Sequence record: PQ724392.1
Direction: 5' to 3' (one strand)
Source: a phage
Length of the DNA: 64,000 nt
A model generated the notes under the pieces. The model was not told the DNA's origin, did not search any database, and saw only the letters and a program-made list of their open reading frames with translations. Below, piece after piece: positions 48,943 through 58,500 of the stretch. The translations under genes were made by a program, and so were the position numbers. Numbering within the stretch: the first letter of the stretch is position 1; each line of letters opens with the position of its first letter.

Positions 48943-49231
48943 ATTTTTTCCAGTCAGAAATCATATGAATCTCTTGGTCATACGTCAAGAGACTACGAGT
49001 TATAATGCCCTTACAAGGCCCTGAGATGAACTCGAGGGTGAAGTAAGGAACCTGTTTCATTAATCGGATACTAGGAGCGTGGCATCTAAAACGAGAGCCC
49101 TTAAAGGGCCCTGACATGAATACATATTCTAATGGATAGAAATAAGCATATTCAAAATTTGTAGTAAGGTCCTCTCTTCGGACCTTACGTGAGAAATAGC
49201 AGAACTCAAAAAGTTCTTCATCAGTCATCAT
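48935..49231 (-). CDS. hypothetical protein
   Basis: 98-aa ORF co-oriented. Confidence 0.35.
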   Translation of the reverse strand: MMTDEELFEFCYFSRKVRREDLTTNFEYAYFYPLEYVFMSGPFKGSRFRCHAPSIRLMKQVPYFTLEFISGPCKGIITRSLLTYDQEIHMISDWKKYV

Positions 49232-49755
49232 TGCATTCCTATCACAAAGAACAGTGGCAGAGGTTTAGAACCTTGGCACATAAATTTATTCATCATTGTC
49301 TGATAAGCTTCATAGAACTTATCCATCGCTGGTAGGCGAATAGGCTCTTCAATAATAATCAATAATCGGGTAACAGACAGTCCACGATATTTGTGAAAAT
49401 GATCTTCATCTAAAAATGAACGAACAGTATCATATACAACAAAACCAGGTCGTTCAACATTAAGATGTGGCTGTGCTTTAGAAACCCGCTTTATTATATC
49501 ACAGATTTCTCGTGAGCGATGCGAAGAACTCGACATAACAATTACATCATTACCCTTAGAAACCCAATCCGCAGCGAACTGCGCAATGGCACTTGTTTTA
49601 CCTGTTTGTCTTCCGCCGTCAAGTCTAAGAGTACCAAACTCTTGCATTCTTGAAGCGGGTTCATACCAGGTGTATTGGTCTGAATCTAAGCGTTCAATGG
49701 CGCGTTCAGCGAAGGCGTGCATTAAGGTTAGATAAATTGGAGTTAAAAATTTCAT
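49228..49755 (-). CDS. small P-loop NTPase
   Basis: 175 aa; Walker A GGRQTGKTS and Walker B-like LLIIIEEP. Confidence 0.45.
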   Translation of the reverse strand: MKFLTPIYLTLMHAFAERAIERLDSDQYTWYEPASRMQEFGTLRLDGGRQTGKTSAIAQFAADWVSKGNDVIVMSSSSHRSREICDIIKRVSKAQPHLNVERPGFVVYDTVRSFLDEDHFHKYRGLSVTRLLIIIEEPIRLPAMDKFYEAYQTMMNKFMCQGSKPLPLFFVIGMQ

Positions 49756-49915
49756 AGTTGCCTCTTAGTTGTGGGGCCGTTCCTTGGCACATAATTCATC
49801 CGTGTATCCGTATGTAAACCCCTTACCGCACTTGGGCTCGACCTTATTACAGGTAGGGAAAGGTCCATCACTCAGAGGACGCGACGTTCATGAGGAGAGG
49901 GCCGGCTTGCCTTTA

Positions 49916-50215
49916 TTAGAAAGAACCAGAGCCTTTAATTGTGTTCTGGCGACCTTTATTTTCTAATTCAGAATGGTCGATTTCATATGCTTGTGCTACG
50001 CCAAAGGCCTTTTTAACTTTAGCTAAAGAGCCTTTAGATGTGACAATATTAAAAGTATTGCCTTTAGTAAAATCAACCAAATCCACTTGTACACCCTGTT
50101 TACCGAGGCTTGCTACAATAGCATCAACATATTGTTGGTCTAAATTGCCCTGGACTCCGATTTGAAATGCTTTGGGAGCTTTGGCTTCAGTAATAAATTC
50201 TTGATACGTTTTCAT
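49916..50215 (-). CDS. internal-protein-like gene with capsid targeting sequence
   Basis: Internal start MKTYQEFITEAK matches T4 IP CTS pattern (MKTYQEFIAE); ORF-track frame extends 13 codons upstream. Confidence 0.5.
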   Translation of the reverse strand: MKTYQEFITEAKAPKAFQIGVQGNLDQQYVDAIVASLGKQGVQVDLVDFTKGNTFNIVTSKGSLAKVKKAFGVAQAYEIDHSELENKGRQNTIKGSGSF

Positions 50216-50263
50216 TTTATATTCCATTGTTTGGTTGATAAAATCATTATACAACCTTTTTAG

Positions 50264-50680
50264 TTAAGCGTACACAGCTTTCCCATAGTATTTGTACCAA
50301 GCAGGCTTTTGAGAAATTTTCTCATTCAGTCTAGCTTGACTGATTTCAATTGACCAGATTGATGGTTGATAATCATTCTTCCATTCATCAGGAATATCAG
50401 TTAAATCTTGGGTAGAAATATCTTTTATGTTAAACCCTCGCTTTAAACATTCCGCAATAAGTTCTTGATGCCGGTTTTTAAGGAACAAAAGCTTATCATA
50501 AAAGAAGGTGACATGACCAGTCCCTAAAAGGAAAGATGATGGGATTTTAAAGTCAGAAACCTTTTTACCATTTTGTACATGCTTACGAACAGCACCAAAC
50601 ACGCGAGGAAGTTCACGATATTCAGCCATAAGATGTTGGTCAGCGAGTTCAGATACCAGGGTTAAATTAATGCGAGTCAT
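50264..50680 (-). CDS. denV: endonuclease V (pyrimidine dimer DNA glycosylase)
   Basis: 138 aa; [35 protein letters not shown] ... [11 protein letters not shown] matches remembered T4 DenV nearly throughout. Confidence 0.9.
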   Translation of the reverse strand: MTRINLTLVSELADQHLMAEYRELPRVFGAVRKHVQNGKKVSDFKIPSSFLLGTGHVTFFYDKLLFLKNRHQELIAECLKRGFNIKDISTQDLTDIPDEWKNDYQPSIWSIEISQARLNEKISQKPAWYKYYGKAVYA

Positions 50681-50735
50681 GTTTGTTCTCCGTAGTTGAT
50701 AGGGTCATTATAACCCTATCATTTGGAGATGTACA
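50681..50735 (-). promoter_or_regulatory. early promoter (-35 ATGTAC, -10 TATAAT)
   Basis: TGTACA-N17-TATAAT then GACCCTATCAACTACGGAGAACAAAC before denV ATG. Confidence 0.45.
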
Positions 50736-51005
50736 TCATTTCTTAGAGTATTGACCCATAAGTTTAGCGATATCACCCAATTTCTGATTAAACAAATAAT
50801 CCACTTCTTTGCCAGATTTATCTACAATTTGCCACTGACCATTTCCTTTGTTGCCAAAGGTCCAATCACCAACTTTAAATGAAGTTCCATTAACTTTTTT
50901 AATAGAAGTAAACTCAAAGCCTTCTTTCTTAGCTAAAAATGCCATGCGGCTTTCATCTGATTCATTTAATACAGATTCAGCCAAAAATTCTTGATACGTT
51001 TTCAT
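50736..51005 (-). CDS. internal-protein-like gene with capsid targeting sequence
   Basis: 89 aa starting MKTYQEFLAESV. Confidence 0.5.
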   Translation of the reverse strand: MKTYQEFLAESVLNESDESRMAFLAKKEGFEFTSIKKVNGTSFKVGDWTFGNKGNGQWQIVDKSGKEVDYLFNQKLGDIAKLMGQYSKK

Positions 51006-51013
51006 ATTTTACC

Positions 51014-51505
51014 TTATTTGTATGCGTCAAAAGTTCCGGTACGGAACGTTTCTATAACTCGTTTGGCTCGGTTCGGAGTCTGGACTTTATACCATCTTGA
51101 GTCCGCCAGTTCCTTGGCAGCCGCTTCCCATGATTTAGCCTTCAGCAATCGCATACCCTTAGGAAAACCAGCAACACCAGCAACACCCATCTGGAATACC
51201 ATATTAATGAGTGCACAACGACGAACTTCATCCAGTACATCATAAACAGGTTTTAAGACAGGATGTCTCAAGATTCCGGCTTTAGCCTTTTCGACCGAAC
51301 GGTTAAACAGTGTTTCGGCTTCGTGCTGGGTTATACGACCATTACAGACACGACCCATGAGCTTATCGAGCTCGGCGCGAGCAACATCTTTAGATGGGTT
51401 CTTAGTTATCAGTTGTCCGATGCCAATGGTCCAATAGCCTTCAGTATCTTTATACAAATCCAACTTACAACCTTCATCTATACGTAACATTTCGAATATA
51501 TTCAT
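51014..51505 (-). CDS. e: lysozyme (endolysin, T4 e)
   Basis: 163 aa; [12 protein letters not shown] ... TPNRAKRVI ... FRTGT.DAYK matches T4 lysozyme including catalytic Glu11/Asp20. Confidence 0.95.
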   Translation of the reverse strand: MNIFEMLRIDEGCKLDLYKDTEGYWTIGIGQLITKNPSKDVARAELDKLMGRVCNGRITQHEAETLFNRSVEKAKAGILRHPVLKPVYDVLDEVRRCALINMVFQMGVAGVAGFPKGMRLLKAKSWEAAAKELADSRWYKVQTPNRAKRVIETFRTGTFDAYK

Positions 51506-51531
51506 AATACCCCCTTATATAGGGGTATTTA

Positions 51532-51990
51532 TTATCCGAAAATTTGAGTCATTACCTTGTACATCGATTTGCCCATCACATACTGCCATTGACTCGGTTT
51601 AATCAGAGCAAATGCATCGAACTCTGGAACCGAACTACCATCCGGGAAGGTATGATAGGCAGAGCATTTACTATGTCTGAACTGCTCATGCTCGACCGGA
51701 ACCGTGTACAAAAACAGGTGAAGATTTTTGTTATCTGAATAACGGAATTCACCCAGGTCCTTTAAGAATGCCGGGTCGTATTGGGTAAACCCAGTTTCTT
51801 CTTCGGTTTCACGGATAGCCGCTTCAATCGGGGATTCACCAGCTTCAACATGACCCTTGGGGGTGTCCCATTTGTGTGCAGGCATACCTGGTTTACGAGA
51901 ACCAGTCACACGACCCATGAATAACTCTTTATCTTCGGTCATGAAAATAATGCCAGCAGATAATTCTTTCACCTTGTTTTTCTTACTCAT
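51532..51990 (-). CDS. nudE: Nudix hydrolase NudE
   Basis: Nudix box GHVEAGESPIEAAIRETEEETG; adjacent to e as in T4; start uncertain. Confidence 0.75.
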   Translation of the reverse strand: MSKKNKVKELSAGIIFMTEDKELFMGRVTGSRKPGMPAHKWDTPKGHVEAGESPIEAAIRETEEETGFTQYDPAFLKDLGEFRYSDNKNLHLFLYTVPVEHEQFRHSKCSAYHTFPDGSSVPEFDAFALIKPSQWQYVMGKSMYKVMTQIFG

Positions 51991-52219
51991 CGTCACGTTT
52001 CCATGATTGGTTAAAAATATCACTCATTAAAAATTCAAGTCTATTTTCCAATGAAGGGCTTTCACTACTAGAAACTTGAACCATGTAGTCAGAAATAGGT
52101 CGGAACATATCCAAGTCAGTTTCTAAATCATCTTTGATTTTCTCTTCTGGTGTTCCAGTGTCATAGGAATACAGATAAGAATCACATGACTCGGATTTAA
52201 TATAAATTGCAATACTCAT
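51983..52219 (-). CDS. hypothetical protein
   Basis: 78-aa ORF co-oriented. Confidence 0.35.
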   Translation of the reverse strand: MSIAIYIKSESCDSYLYSYDTGTPEEKIKDDLETDLDMFRPISDYMVQVSSSESPSLENRLEFLMSDIFNQSWKRDDE

Positions 52220-52803
52220 TTACGGCATTCCTCAATAAAGGAGTTCAATGTATTTTTCTTAGTGATATCGTCATATACCTTTTTAACTTTAGAAATACGA
52301 AAAGGTACTTCAATAACCATAGTCCATAAAAATGATGCAATAAGCCCAGCGAGAGCAGTAGAAAAGCACGCACCCATTACAGCTACAGGTGCTTCATTTT
52401 TGCCTGTCAAGAAAAACCACAGGAATGGTAAAAATAAGATTCCAGCCCAGGCATAAAACCTGGAACAAATTAACTTATCAAATTCATCACTCCAGGTACG
52501 AAATCCATATTTCTTGCTATAAGAAATTAATGGGTCGGGTGTCTGTTCTTTGAGCGGTTCTGGTTGATGCCCATTAATGATGTATCCCATTTTATATTCC
52601 TTAATTAAAAGCTCTTTCACATGACGATTGCATCGCGACCAATCAACATTTTCCACCTTGATTCCTTCATCACCATCATCAAGGTTCGCCCAATATTTTT
52701 TGGTAATCATAAATTCATCTCTTGATACAATTATACCTGCATTTTCTGCCCGGCGGATGAAGTTTACATCAACACCCATGCACCCGGGCTCATAAAGGGC
52801 CAT
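52216..52803 (-). CDS. membrane protein, FIxEC C-terminal family
   Basis: 195 aa; two hydrophobic helices; ends FIEECRK. Confidence 0.4.
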   Translation of the reverse strand: MALYEPGCMGVDVNFIRRAENAGIIVSRDEFMITKKYWANLDDGDEGIKVENVDWSRCNRHVKELLIKEYKMGYIINGHQPEPLKEQTPDPLISYSKKYGFRTWSDEFDKLICSRFYAWAGILFLPFLWFFLTGKNEAPVAVMGACFSTALAGLIASFLWTMVIEVPFRISKVKKVYDDITKKNTLNSFIEECRK

Positions 52804-53489
52804 TACCAGCCCTCCATAGGGAATTCCAGATATACTTGAGCATTAACGCGGATTTCATTTGTAATCTTTTTAACACGGTCAGTATTACGAGACACACGAC
52901 CAAACCAGCGCCACCCGTTACTTACTGCGCGAGAACCTGTATGCCATGTCTGCCAATCAAACTGGAGCAATGTGCGGTCAGGAGCATCCCACTTGGTTAA
53001 TTCATTGGACTCAATTTTTTCCAGAACTTCTTTATGCCACTGACGATAGATAAGTTCGCCTTCAGGAATCTGACTAAATTGCGCAGTTCCGGTTGCAAAA
53101 TAAGTAGGACACACATCAGCGTTAACAAGACCAAGAATATGTTCAGAATGGTAACGAGGATTATCATAATCAGGTTGCCCTGCAGTAATAAAGTGTTGAC
53201 CAACCGGAATATCCGGGCGTGGTACATCGTCATGGTGATAACCTGGGATAGCAGGATACCAACCAGGCATCAGCATATGAACCCGAGAATCAAATACAAC
53301 CTGGTCGGTGTTCCAATCATCCGGCAAACTCATGATAAAGCTACGAGTAATAGGACCGCCATTGTCAAAAGCGAAAGCCAATGAGCTGTTGAAGAACATA
53401 GTTTCGTTTTTGATTTTATCATTAGAAATTTTACCAGCGAAACTGCCTACTGCATGAGCTTGAGAATTAAAAGTTTTTGGACCGTTCAT
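52803..53489 (-). CDS. hypothetical protein
   Basis: 228-aa ORF; His-rich patches (YHHDD, YHSEH); function unknown. Confidence 0.4.
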   Translation of the reverse strand: MNGPKTFNSQAHAVGSFAGKISNDKIKNETMFFNSSLAFAFDNGGPITRSFIMSLPDDWNTDQVVFDSRVHMLMPGWYPAIPGYHHDDVPRPDIPVGQHFITAGQPDYDNPRYHSEHILGLVNADVCPTYFATGTAQFSQIPEGELIYRQWHKEVLEKIESNELTKWDAPDRTLLQFDWQTWHTGSRAVSNGWRWFGRVSRNTDRVKKITNEIRVNAQVYLEFPMEGW

Positions 53490-53548
53490 AATATTTTCCT
53501 CATTGATTGTGGGACCATTGTGTCATAGTCCCACTTAGATGTACATAC

Positions 53549-54508
53549 TTATTTTGTGAAAGGACGAATTAAATGCTGGTTAGCTTTGAAACGTTTAACA
53601 TAGTCTTCGTGACCCAGGGTGTTGTACATATTAACCACTTCCTGGTAATGTTCCCAGGCATACTCGCGGAACCATCCAGAAGTAATGGAGGTGCAGACTT
53701 TTTCCAGCGCAATATGGAAGCTCACGGATGGAGAGATATTGAACTCATTGGGAACCTGCGAACGCTCCAGAGCGAGTACACATGCTTCTTCATAAACCCC
53801 TGCCAGTTTAATAATCTCAGGGAGTGCTTCAAATTTTTCACGCGAGGTCATAACTTCTGAATCATCCTTCATATAGAACTTATATGCAGGCTTATCAGCA
53901 AGCGCCACGGCCTCGTGGATGGAGTCATGGTCAAGGGTATAGATTGTATCATTAAAGAAAGTTTTCTTGCCCACGTCTAGTTTAGGGTGGCTATACGACA
54001 ATGTTTCTGCCTGGCGCTGCAGCATGATTTTCTGCAGTTCATCATTAAGAACAACACCCTTATTGCGAAGGTAATTAATATGACTCATGGTCTTCAGGAA
54101 GAATGGATTGTTCTTCAGGTAACGATGAGACAGTTTAATTGCCAGACAAATATCAGGAGTCGCCCAATAGAAACCTGTAAGACGGTCTTTCTTAATATGA
54201 TTTTCAGCGTATTTCAAGAGACGATAACTTGAGGTGAAATCTTCATCTTGAAGCTCACCAGTAATTTCTCGTACGTTAGTCAGGGCACGGACAATATAAG
54301 CTTCAAAATAGGTTTCTTTTCCATTGTACATACATTTAAAAGCTTGGACATCAGGGTTATCCACAGGAACATGAGCACCGAACATACGTGCTTTAAAGTG
54401 GTTCCAGGAGCCCTGGTCAGCGATAAAGTCCCAATCAGAGTTTTCAATTTTCTGACTTTCAATCAGACCAGCGTTATGTAATGCACGAGAACCAATAACT
54501 AACATCAT
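53549..54508 (-). CDS. hypothetical protein
   Basis: 319-aa ORF co-oriented; no motif recognised. Confidence 0.45.
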   Translation of the reverse strand: MMLVIGSRALHNAGLIESQKIENSDWDFIADQGSWNHFKARMFGAHVPVDNPDVQAFKCMYNGKETYFEAYIVRALTNVREITGELQDEDFTSSYRLLKYAENHIKKDRLTGFYWATPDICLAIKLSHRYLKNNPFFLKTMSHINYLRNKGVVLNDELQKIMLQRQAETLSYSHPKLDVGKKTFFNDTIYTLDHDSIHEAVALADKPAYKFYMKDDSEVMTSREKFEALPEIIKLAGVYEEACVLALERSQVPNEFNISPSVSFHIALEKVCTSITSGWFREYAWEHYQEVVNMYNTLGHEDYVKRFKANQHLIRPFTK

Positions 54509-54699
54509 AATATTTTCCTCATTAGTAAAGACGAGTTACTTCATATTTTCCAAGTGCCGATTTTTTCGCTTCAATTCGTGAGGCAGCAAGATTGGCGGCC
54601 TCTAGTGAAGAAAATTGAACCACTTGAGAAGTATTCTGTCTTACTCCACCTTGCGGGTGAGTGACAAAAACAATAAAAACATTATACATAATATTTTCC

Positions 54700-54900
54700 T
54701 CAAATAATACCGTATGCGTAAATATCTCTTTTAATGCAGGAAACTACTTCTTCCAGAGAATCACAAACACGTTCTGTGACGCCTGCGTAATCACCACTGA
54801 TGGTTACTTTAATGCCATCAGAAACTTCCTGGAGATTAACCTCCAGTTGGTTGACTTTGGCTTCGTTCAGAACTTTGATTAATTCGTTTGCGATAGACAT
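54700..54900 (-). CDS. hypothetical protein
   Basis: 66-aa ORF directly downstream of promoter cassette. Confidence 0.4.
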   Translation of the reverse strand: MSIANELIKVLNEAKVNQLEVNLQEVSDGIKVTISGDYAGVTERVCDSLEEVVSCIKRDIYAYGII

Positions 54901-54958
54901 TTTTATTCTCCTGTTCTGATAACGTGATTGTCATCAGTTGATAGGAGTATAGTAACAC
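54901..54958 (-). promoter_or_regulatory. early promoter (-35 GTATAC, -10 TACTAT)
   Basis: GTATAC-N18-TACTAT then ACTCCTATCAACTGATGACAA leader. Confidence 0.45.
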
Positions 54959-54964
54959 AGTTTT

Positions 54965-55309
54965 TTAGACTTGTATACTGCTTCTACAATATTCTAAAAA
55001 TAATTTATCGTTGTCTACCTTATCCCAACGACGCCAAGATGGATTCCAGACCAGAGCGTTGTCACCGCAATCATTGAGCTTAAAGTGGTCGTAGTACATA
55101 GCTATATGTCTGGTTTCGTCACCAGAGAACCCCAGTATATGCTCACCGTGGGTATGATACATATGATGATGCATTGAGAGGTCGCATTTGTAAAACATCT
55201 CACGTTTACCACGAACGAACAAGAAGGCTTGCCCATTCATATAGAATTCTTTATCTGTTTTCAAAAGATATTTGAATACCGAATCTTTATGCATAATTCC
55301 TCCTACCAC
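54965..55309 (-). CDS. His-rich hypothetical protein
   Basis: 114 aa with MHHHMYHTHGEH cluster. Confidence 0.4.
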   Translation of the reverse strand: MVGGIMHKDSVFKYLLKTDKEFYMNGQAFLFVRGKREMFYKCDLSMHHHMYHTHGEHILGFSGDETRHIAMYYDHFKLNDCGDNALVWNPSWRRWDKVDNDKLFLEYCRSSIQV

Positions 55310-55324
55310 ATCCTTGTGATTAAA

Positions 55325-55552
55325 TTATTTTCCTAACGAAATACGAGTAGGTTTTTTACCGAAATATTCTTCATAGGAACCATCTAAACGACCCGCTTTA
55401 GACCGACAATACGAATCATACTTTTTGTAATAAGTCAACTCGTTATTATAACGTGGATGTCTATCAGCCATAATAATACTTAATGGCCAACCTTTGGCAT
55501 AATCACGAAGACCATTTATTTTACGAATATATCTTTTCTTTAATTTTAGCAT
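55325..55552 (-). CDS. hypothetical basic protein
   Basis: 75-aa ORF co-oriented. Confidence 0.35.
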   Translation of the reverse strand: MLKLKKRYIRKINGLRDYAKGWPLSIIMADRHPRYNNELTYYKKYDSYCRSKAGRLDGSYEEYFGKKPTRISLGK

Positions 55553-55770
55553 GAGCTCGGGTGCCAGATTTTACCGTCAGGTTGAGCAACGAAGGTACGA
55601 CCAGCTTCTTCACCATAACAAGAGCTGTTCAGCCAGTCTTCAAGACGAACCTCACCATCATATTCGTCAAGCTCAATACCGAAATCTTGAGCGTTAGCCA
55701 TATCTTTTACTTTCTTATACAATGCAGCCAGTTCAAGTGCTGCTTTTTCTAATTCATTAATATCAGACAT
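55546..55770 (-). CDS. small protein, WxSSSxxC-tail family member
   Basis: 74 aa ending KIWHPSSC. Confidence 0.4.
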   Translation of the reverse strand: MSDINELEKAALELAALYKKVKDMANAQDFGIELDEYDGEVRLEDWLNSSCYGEEAGRTFVAQPDGKIWHPSSC

Positions 55771-55779
55771 TTTTATTCC

Positions 55780-55992
55780 TTAGCATTCGTAAGAGGATGA
55801 TACCCAAGAGGTACCACTAATAGTAATACAACCGTTATAAAGCGTGATATGTCGTTCTAAGTCACGAACACCATCAATGTAGATATCAGCTTCTTCGCGT
55901 TCTTCTTTACAAATCTGGATAACGTTTTCAATAGCTGCCGCGGCAGTACGGATTGCACAATCTAATTCACGAGACATATAATTCCTTAACAT
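55780..55992 (-). CDS. small protein, WxSSSxxC-tail family member
   Basis: 70 aa ending TSWVSSSYEC. Confidence 0.45.
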   Translation of the reverse strand: MLRNYMSRELDCAIRTAAAAIENVIQICKEEREEADIYIDGVRDLERHITLYNGCITISGTSWVSSSYEC

Positions 55993-56267
55993 TCAGAAGA
56001 GGAGGACACCCAACCGCCATTTTCCAGGTCAGTTGTATAGTCATGAGTGTTAACAATAGCCCATTCAGGATGGCCATGTTCTTCCCAATGGGCAAGGTCA
56101 GCTTTCAAGGCACCAGGAGAATAATAGTCACCGCCCATACCGCGAGCAGGGTATATATTAAAATGAGTCTCATATTTGTTTGCAATTTCCTCGGCACGAC
56201 GAATAGCTTTATGGATATCATTTACTGCGTTAGCCAGTTCTTTATTTTTACGGTAATCATTCATCAT
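55986..56267 (-). CDS. small protein, WxSSSxxC-tail family member
   Basis: 93 aa ending GGWVSSSSEC. Confidence 0.45.
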   Translation of the reverse strand: MMNDYRKNKELANAVNDIHKAIRRAEEIANKYETHFNIYPARGMGGDYYSPGALKADLAHWEEHGHPEWAIVNTHDYTTDLENGGWVSSSSEC

Positions 56268-56276
56268 AGCGTTTCC

Positions 56277-56567
56277 TTAGCACATTGCCGAAGAGGAGAC
56301 CCAAGCACCAACTGTAACGACACCGTTTTCAACTTCGCCGCCGTTGTTTTCAATTTCATCTTTAAACCACTGGGAGCACTCATAACCGACAGGATAATAT
56401 GTACGGCCTGAACCATAATCACCGGTACCGAATTGGATACCATATTCATCTGCGATTTCTTCACAGTGTTTTTCAATTTCAGAGGTCTTATTTAGAAGAG
56501 AATAGATAGCTTTTTCTGCAGATTTCTCATCATAATACTTGGGGATAGCAATTTCAATTTTATTCAT
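56277..56567 (-). CDS. small protein, WxSSSxxC-tail family member
   Basis: 96 aa ending GAWVSSSAMC. Confidence 0.45.
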   Translation of the reverse strand: MNKIEIAIPKYYDEKSAEKAIYSLLNKTSEIEKHCEEIADEYGIQFGTGDYGSGRTYYPVGYECSQWFKDEIENNGGEVENGVVTVGAWVSSSAMC

Positions 56568-56917
56568 GATTTACATTCCTTAATAAAGGTTTCAAGGTCA
56601 TTACGTTTTGTTTTGTCTAGGAACTTATTATACTCAGCCATTGCTGAAGCATATCTCTTCCGACTAGGAGCATTCACGGCGTTTGTGTGACAAATATCAT
56701 ACACAACCGGGATAAAATAAGCCACAACAGCCGGAGCGATTATCATAAAGAAACCCATCTCAATGGGCATGACTCCCTCGATTGCAGCCATAACCGTGGT
56801 CATTACCAGACCAACCAAACCACCGAGCATACCGGTGACAATTCCCAATAATAAATTGCCGCCAATATCATATTCAGCCAATTGATAAACATGTGATGCA
56901 AGACTAGGCCGTTCCAT
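56564..56917 (-). CDS. membrane protein, FIxEC C-terminal family
   Basis: Start moved to internal Met; hydrophobic helices; ends FIKECKS. Confidence 0.4.
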   Translation of the reverse strand: MERPSLASHVYQLAEYDIGGNLLLGIVTGMLGGLVGLVMTTVMAAIEGVMPIEMGFFMIIAPAVVAYFIPVVYDICHTNAVNAPSRKRYASAMAEYNKFLDKTKRNDLETFIKECKS

Positions 56918-57299
56918 TACGAACCTCCTTAATAAATTCTTCGGCACATTTAATTTTGTGCTCTTCTTGTAGGGAAACACATTTTTGTTCCCACTCTTTA
57001 ACTCGCCCACGATATCCTTTATTCATATGATTTTGATGCCACACATTTATCAATATCATACTCAGGACCGTAATAAAAGGAGCTGCGATTATTAGCGCCC
57101 AGGCAACTCCAACACTGATGATATCCATATCCCCACAAAGCACCATCATTATAACCCCAACGATGCACATGGACAAAGCTCCAAATGGAGGCATAAGGTC
57201 TTTATCAATCTTGTCTGCGTATACAAATTTTTCTGGTTTACTTGGCAGATATAGCGTTCGCATTTTGAACCCCTTTAGCATATTCACGACATTCAGCAA
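56904..57299 (-). CDS. membrane protein, FIxEC-like C-terminal family
   Basis: 131 aa; two hydrophobic helices; ends EEFIKEVRNGTA. Confidence 0.4.
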   Translation of the reverse strand: MLNVVNMLKGFKMRTLYLPSKPEKFVYADKIDKDLMPPFGALSMCIVGVIMMVLCGDMDIISVGVAWALIIAAPFITVLSMILINVWHQNHMNKGYRGRVKEWEQKCVSLQEEHKIKCAEEFIKEVRNGTA

Positions 57300-57810
57300 T
57301 AAAACGATTAAGCTTACGTTTCCGTTTACGACCCTCTAATGTATACTCAGCCGCCAAATCAAGAAGCTCATCTTTATCATAATTTTTAATATCAGTATAA
57401 GTTGGGCGGCGGTCAACCATTCCAAAGTGGTCACCATTTTCCAACATCAAATAACACACCAAATGGTCATCATCGTCCGCATTAATAAGCTGCTTATAAT
57501 CACTTGGTTCATTTAACGCATACACAGAATAACTCAGCCCAGCGAATTCCACTCGTTGAATACCCAGATTTACGTCAATAATTTCCAAGGCATCTGCAAA
57601 AGAAAGGTCTTCAGCTAAAGCAAAAATAAAAGGCAATTTGGTAGTATCGCCGCGACTTGTTGTTCTTCTTAAGAAATCATTGGAATAGCCCAAGTCGCGT
57701 CGGATTCTATAAAGAACTGTGTTAGTTTCAGTGGCAAGACCACTACCGCCAAACCATTCCACATTTGATAAAAGATTATCATATAAAGTCATAATTTTCT
57801 CCTCTCCCAA
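57238..57810 (-). CDS. hypothetical protein, FIxEC C-terminal family
   Basis: 190 aa; C-terminus NRFIAECREYAKGV. Confidence 0.4.
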   Translation of the reverse strand: MGEEKIMTLYDNLLSNVEWFGGSGLATETNTVLYRIRRDLGYSNDFLRRTTSRGDTTKLPFIFALAEDLSFADALEIIDVNLGIQRVEFAGLSYSVYALNEPSDYKQLINADDDDHLVCYLMLENGDHFGMVDRRPTYTDIKNYDKDELLDLAAEYTLEGRKRKRKLNRFIAECREYAKGVQNANAISAK

Positions 57811-57834
57811 TTAGGGGGCTTTGCCCCCTTTATC

Positions 57835-58428
57835 TTACTTAAGTGAATTGATGTATTCTTCAATGTCAGCGGACGTGGTATCCACACCAACCTGTGGACC
57901 TTTGAAAGTTTCAACACGCATCAAGGTGTCTTCAATATCAATCTTAGTCAATGCAGCGATTTCAACAACATCATCTGCAGTCGCAATACCCAGGGCAGAT
58001 ACCTTACGGGTTTCGCGGATGTATTCCAGTTTAACAGCTAGTTCCTGACGAGAATCATCCAGCTCTTTAACTTTCAATTTAATTTCATTACGCATTTCAA
58101 CATAATCGTCTGCCTTCTTACGAAGTTGTTTAGCAGTGCGACGATACAGGAGACCCAGTTTAGCATGGACCTGGACATCCGCGCCATCAGCAATCAGTTT
58201 GCGGATTTCACGCTCTTTTGAGGCGGCGAGTTGGTCTTTTTCATTCGCTAACTCGCGGATGCGTTTTTCTTCATTAACAGACTTAACGTGGGCGGTCTGG
58301 AGCTCAGTAATCTTGTCAATCAGGGTAGACGCCGCTTGAGTATATTGGTCTTCAATAGACAGGTTTTTTGCCATTGCAGTACCCAGTTTGGAGCGGATGA
58401 ATTCAACAAGTTTCTTTAAAGTATTCAT
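57835..58428 (-). CDS. PspA/IM30-like coiled-coil protein (tentative)
   Basis: 197 aa, predicted all-helical with long heptad-like charged repeats; resemblance to PspA is by eye only. Confidence 0.35.
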   Translation of the reverse strand: MNTLKKLVEFIRSKLGTAMAKNLSIEDQYTQAASTLIDKITELQTAHVKSVNEEKRIRELANEKDQLAASKEREIRKLIADGADVQVHAKLGLLYRRTAKQLRKKADDYVEMRNEIKLKVKELDDSRQELAVKLEYIRETRKVSALGIATADDVVEIAALTKIDIEDTLMRVETFKGPQVGVDTTSADIEEYINSLK

Positions 58429-58500
58429 GGTATTTCCTTCAGTTGGTTAATGTTTTATTATCCAGGGAACATACTATCATGTTCCCATTAAAGCACTAAT

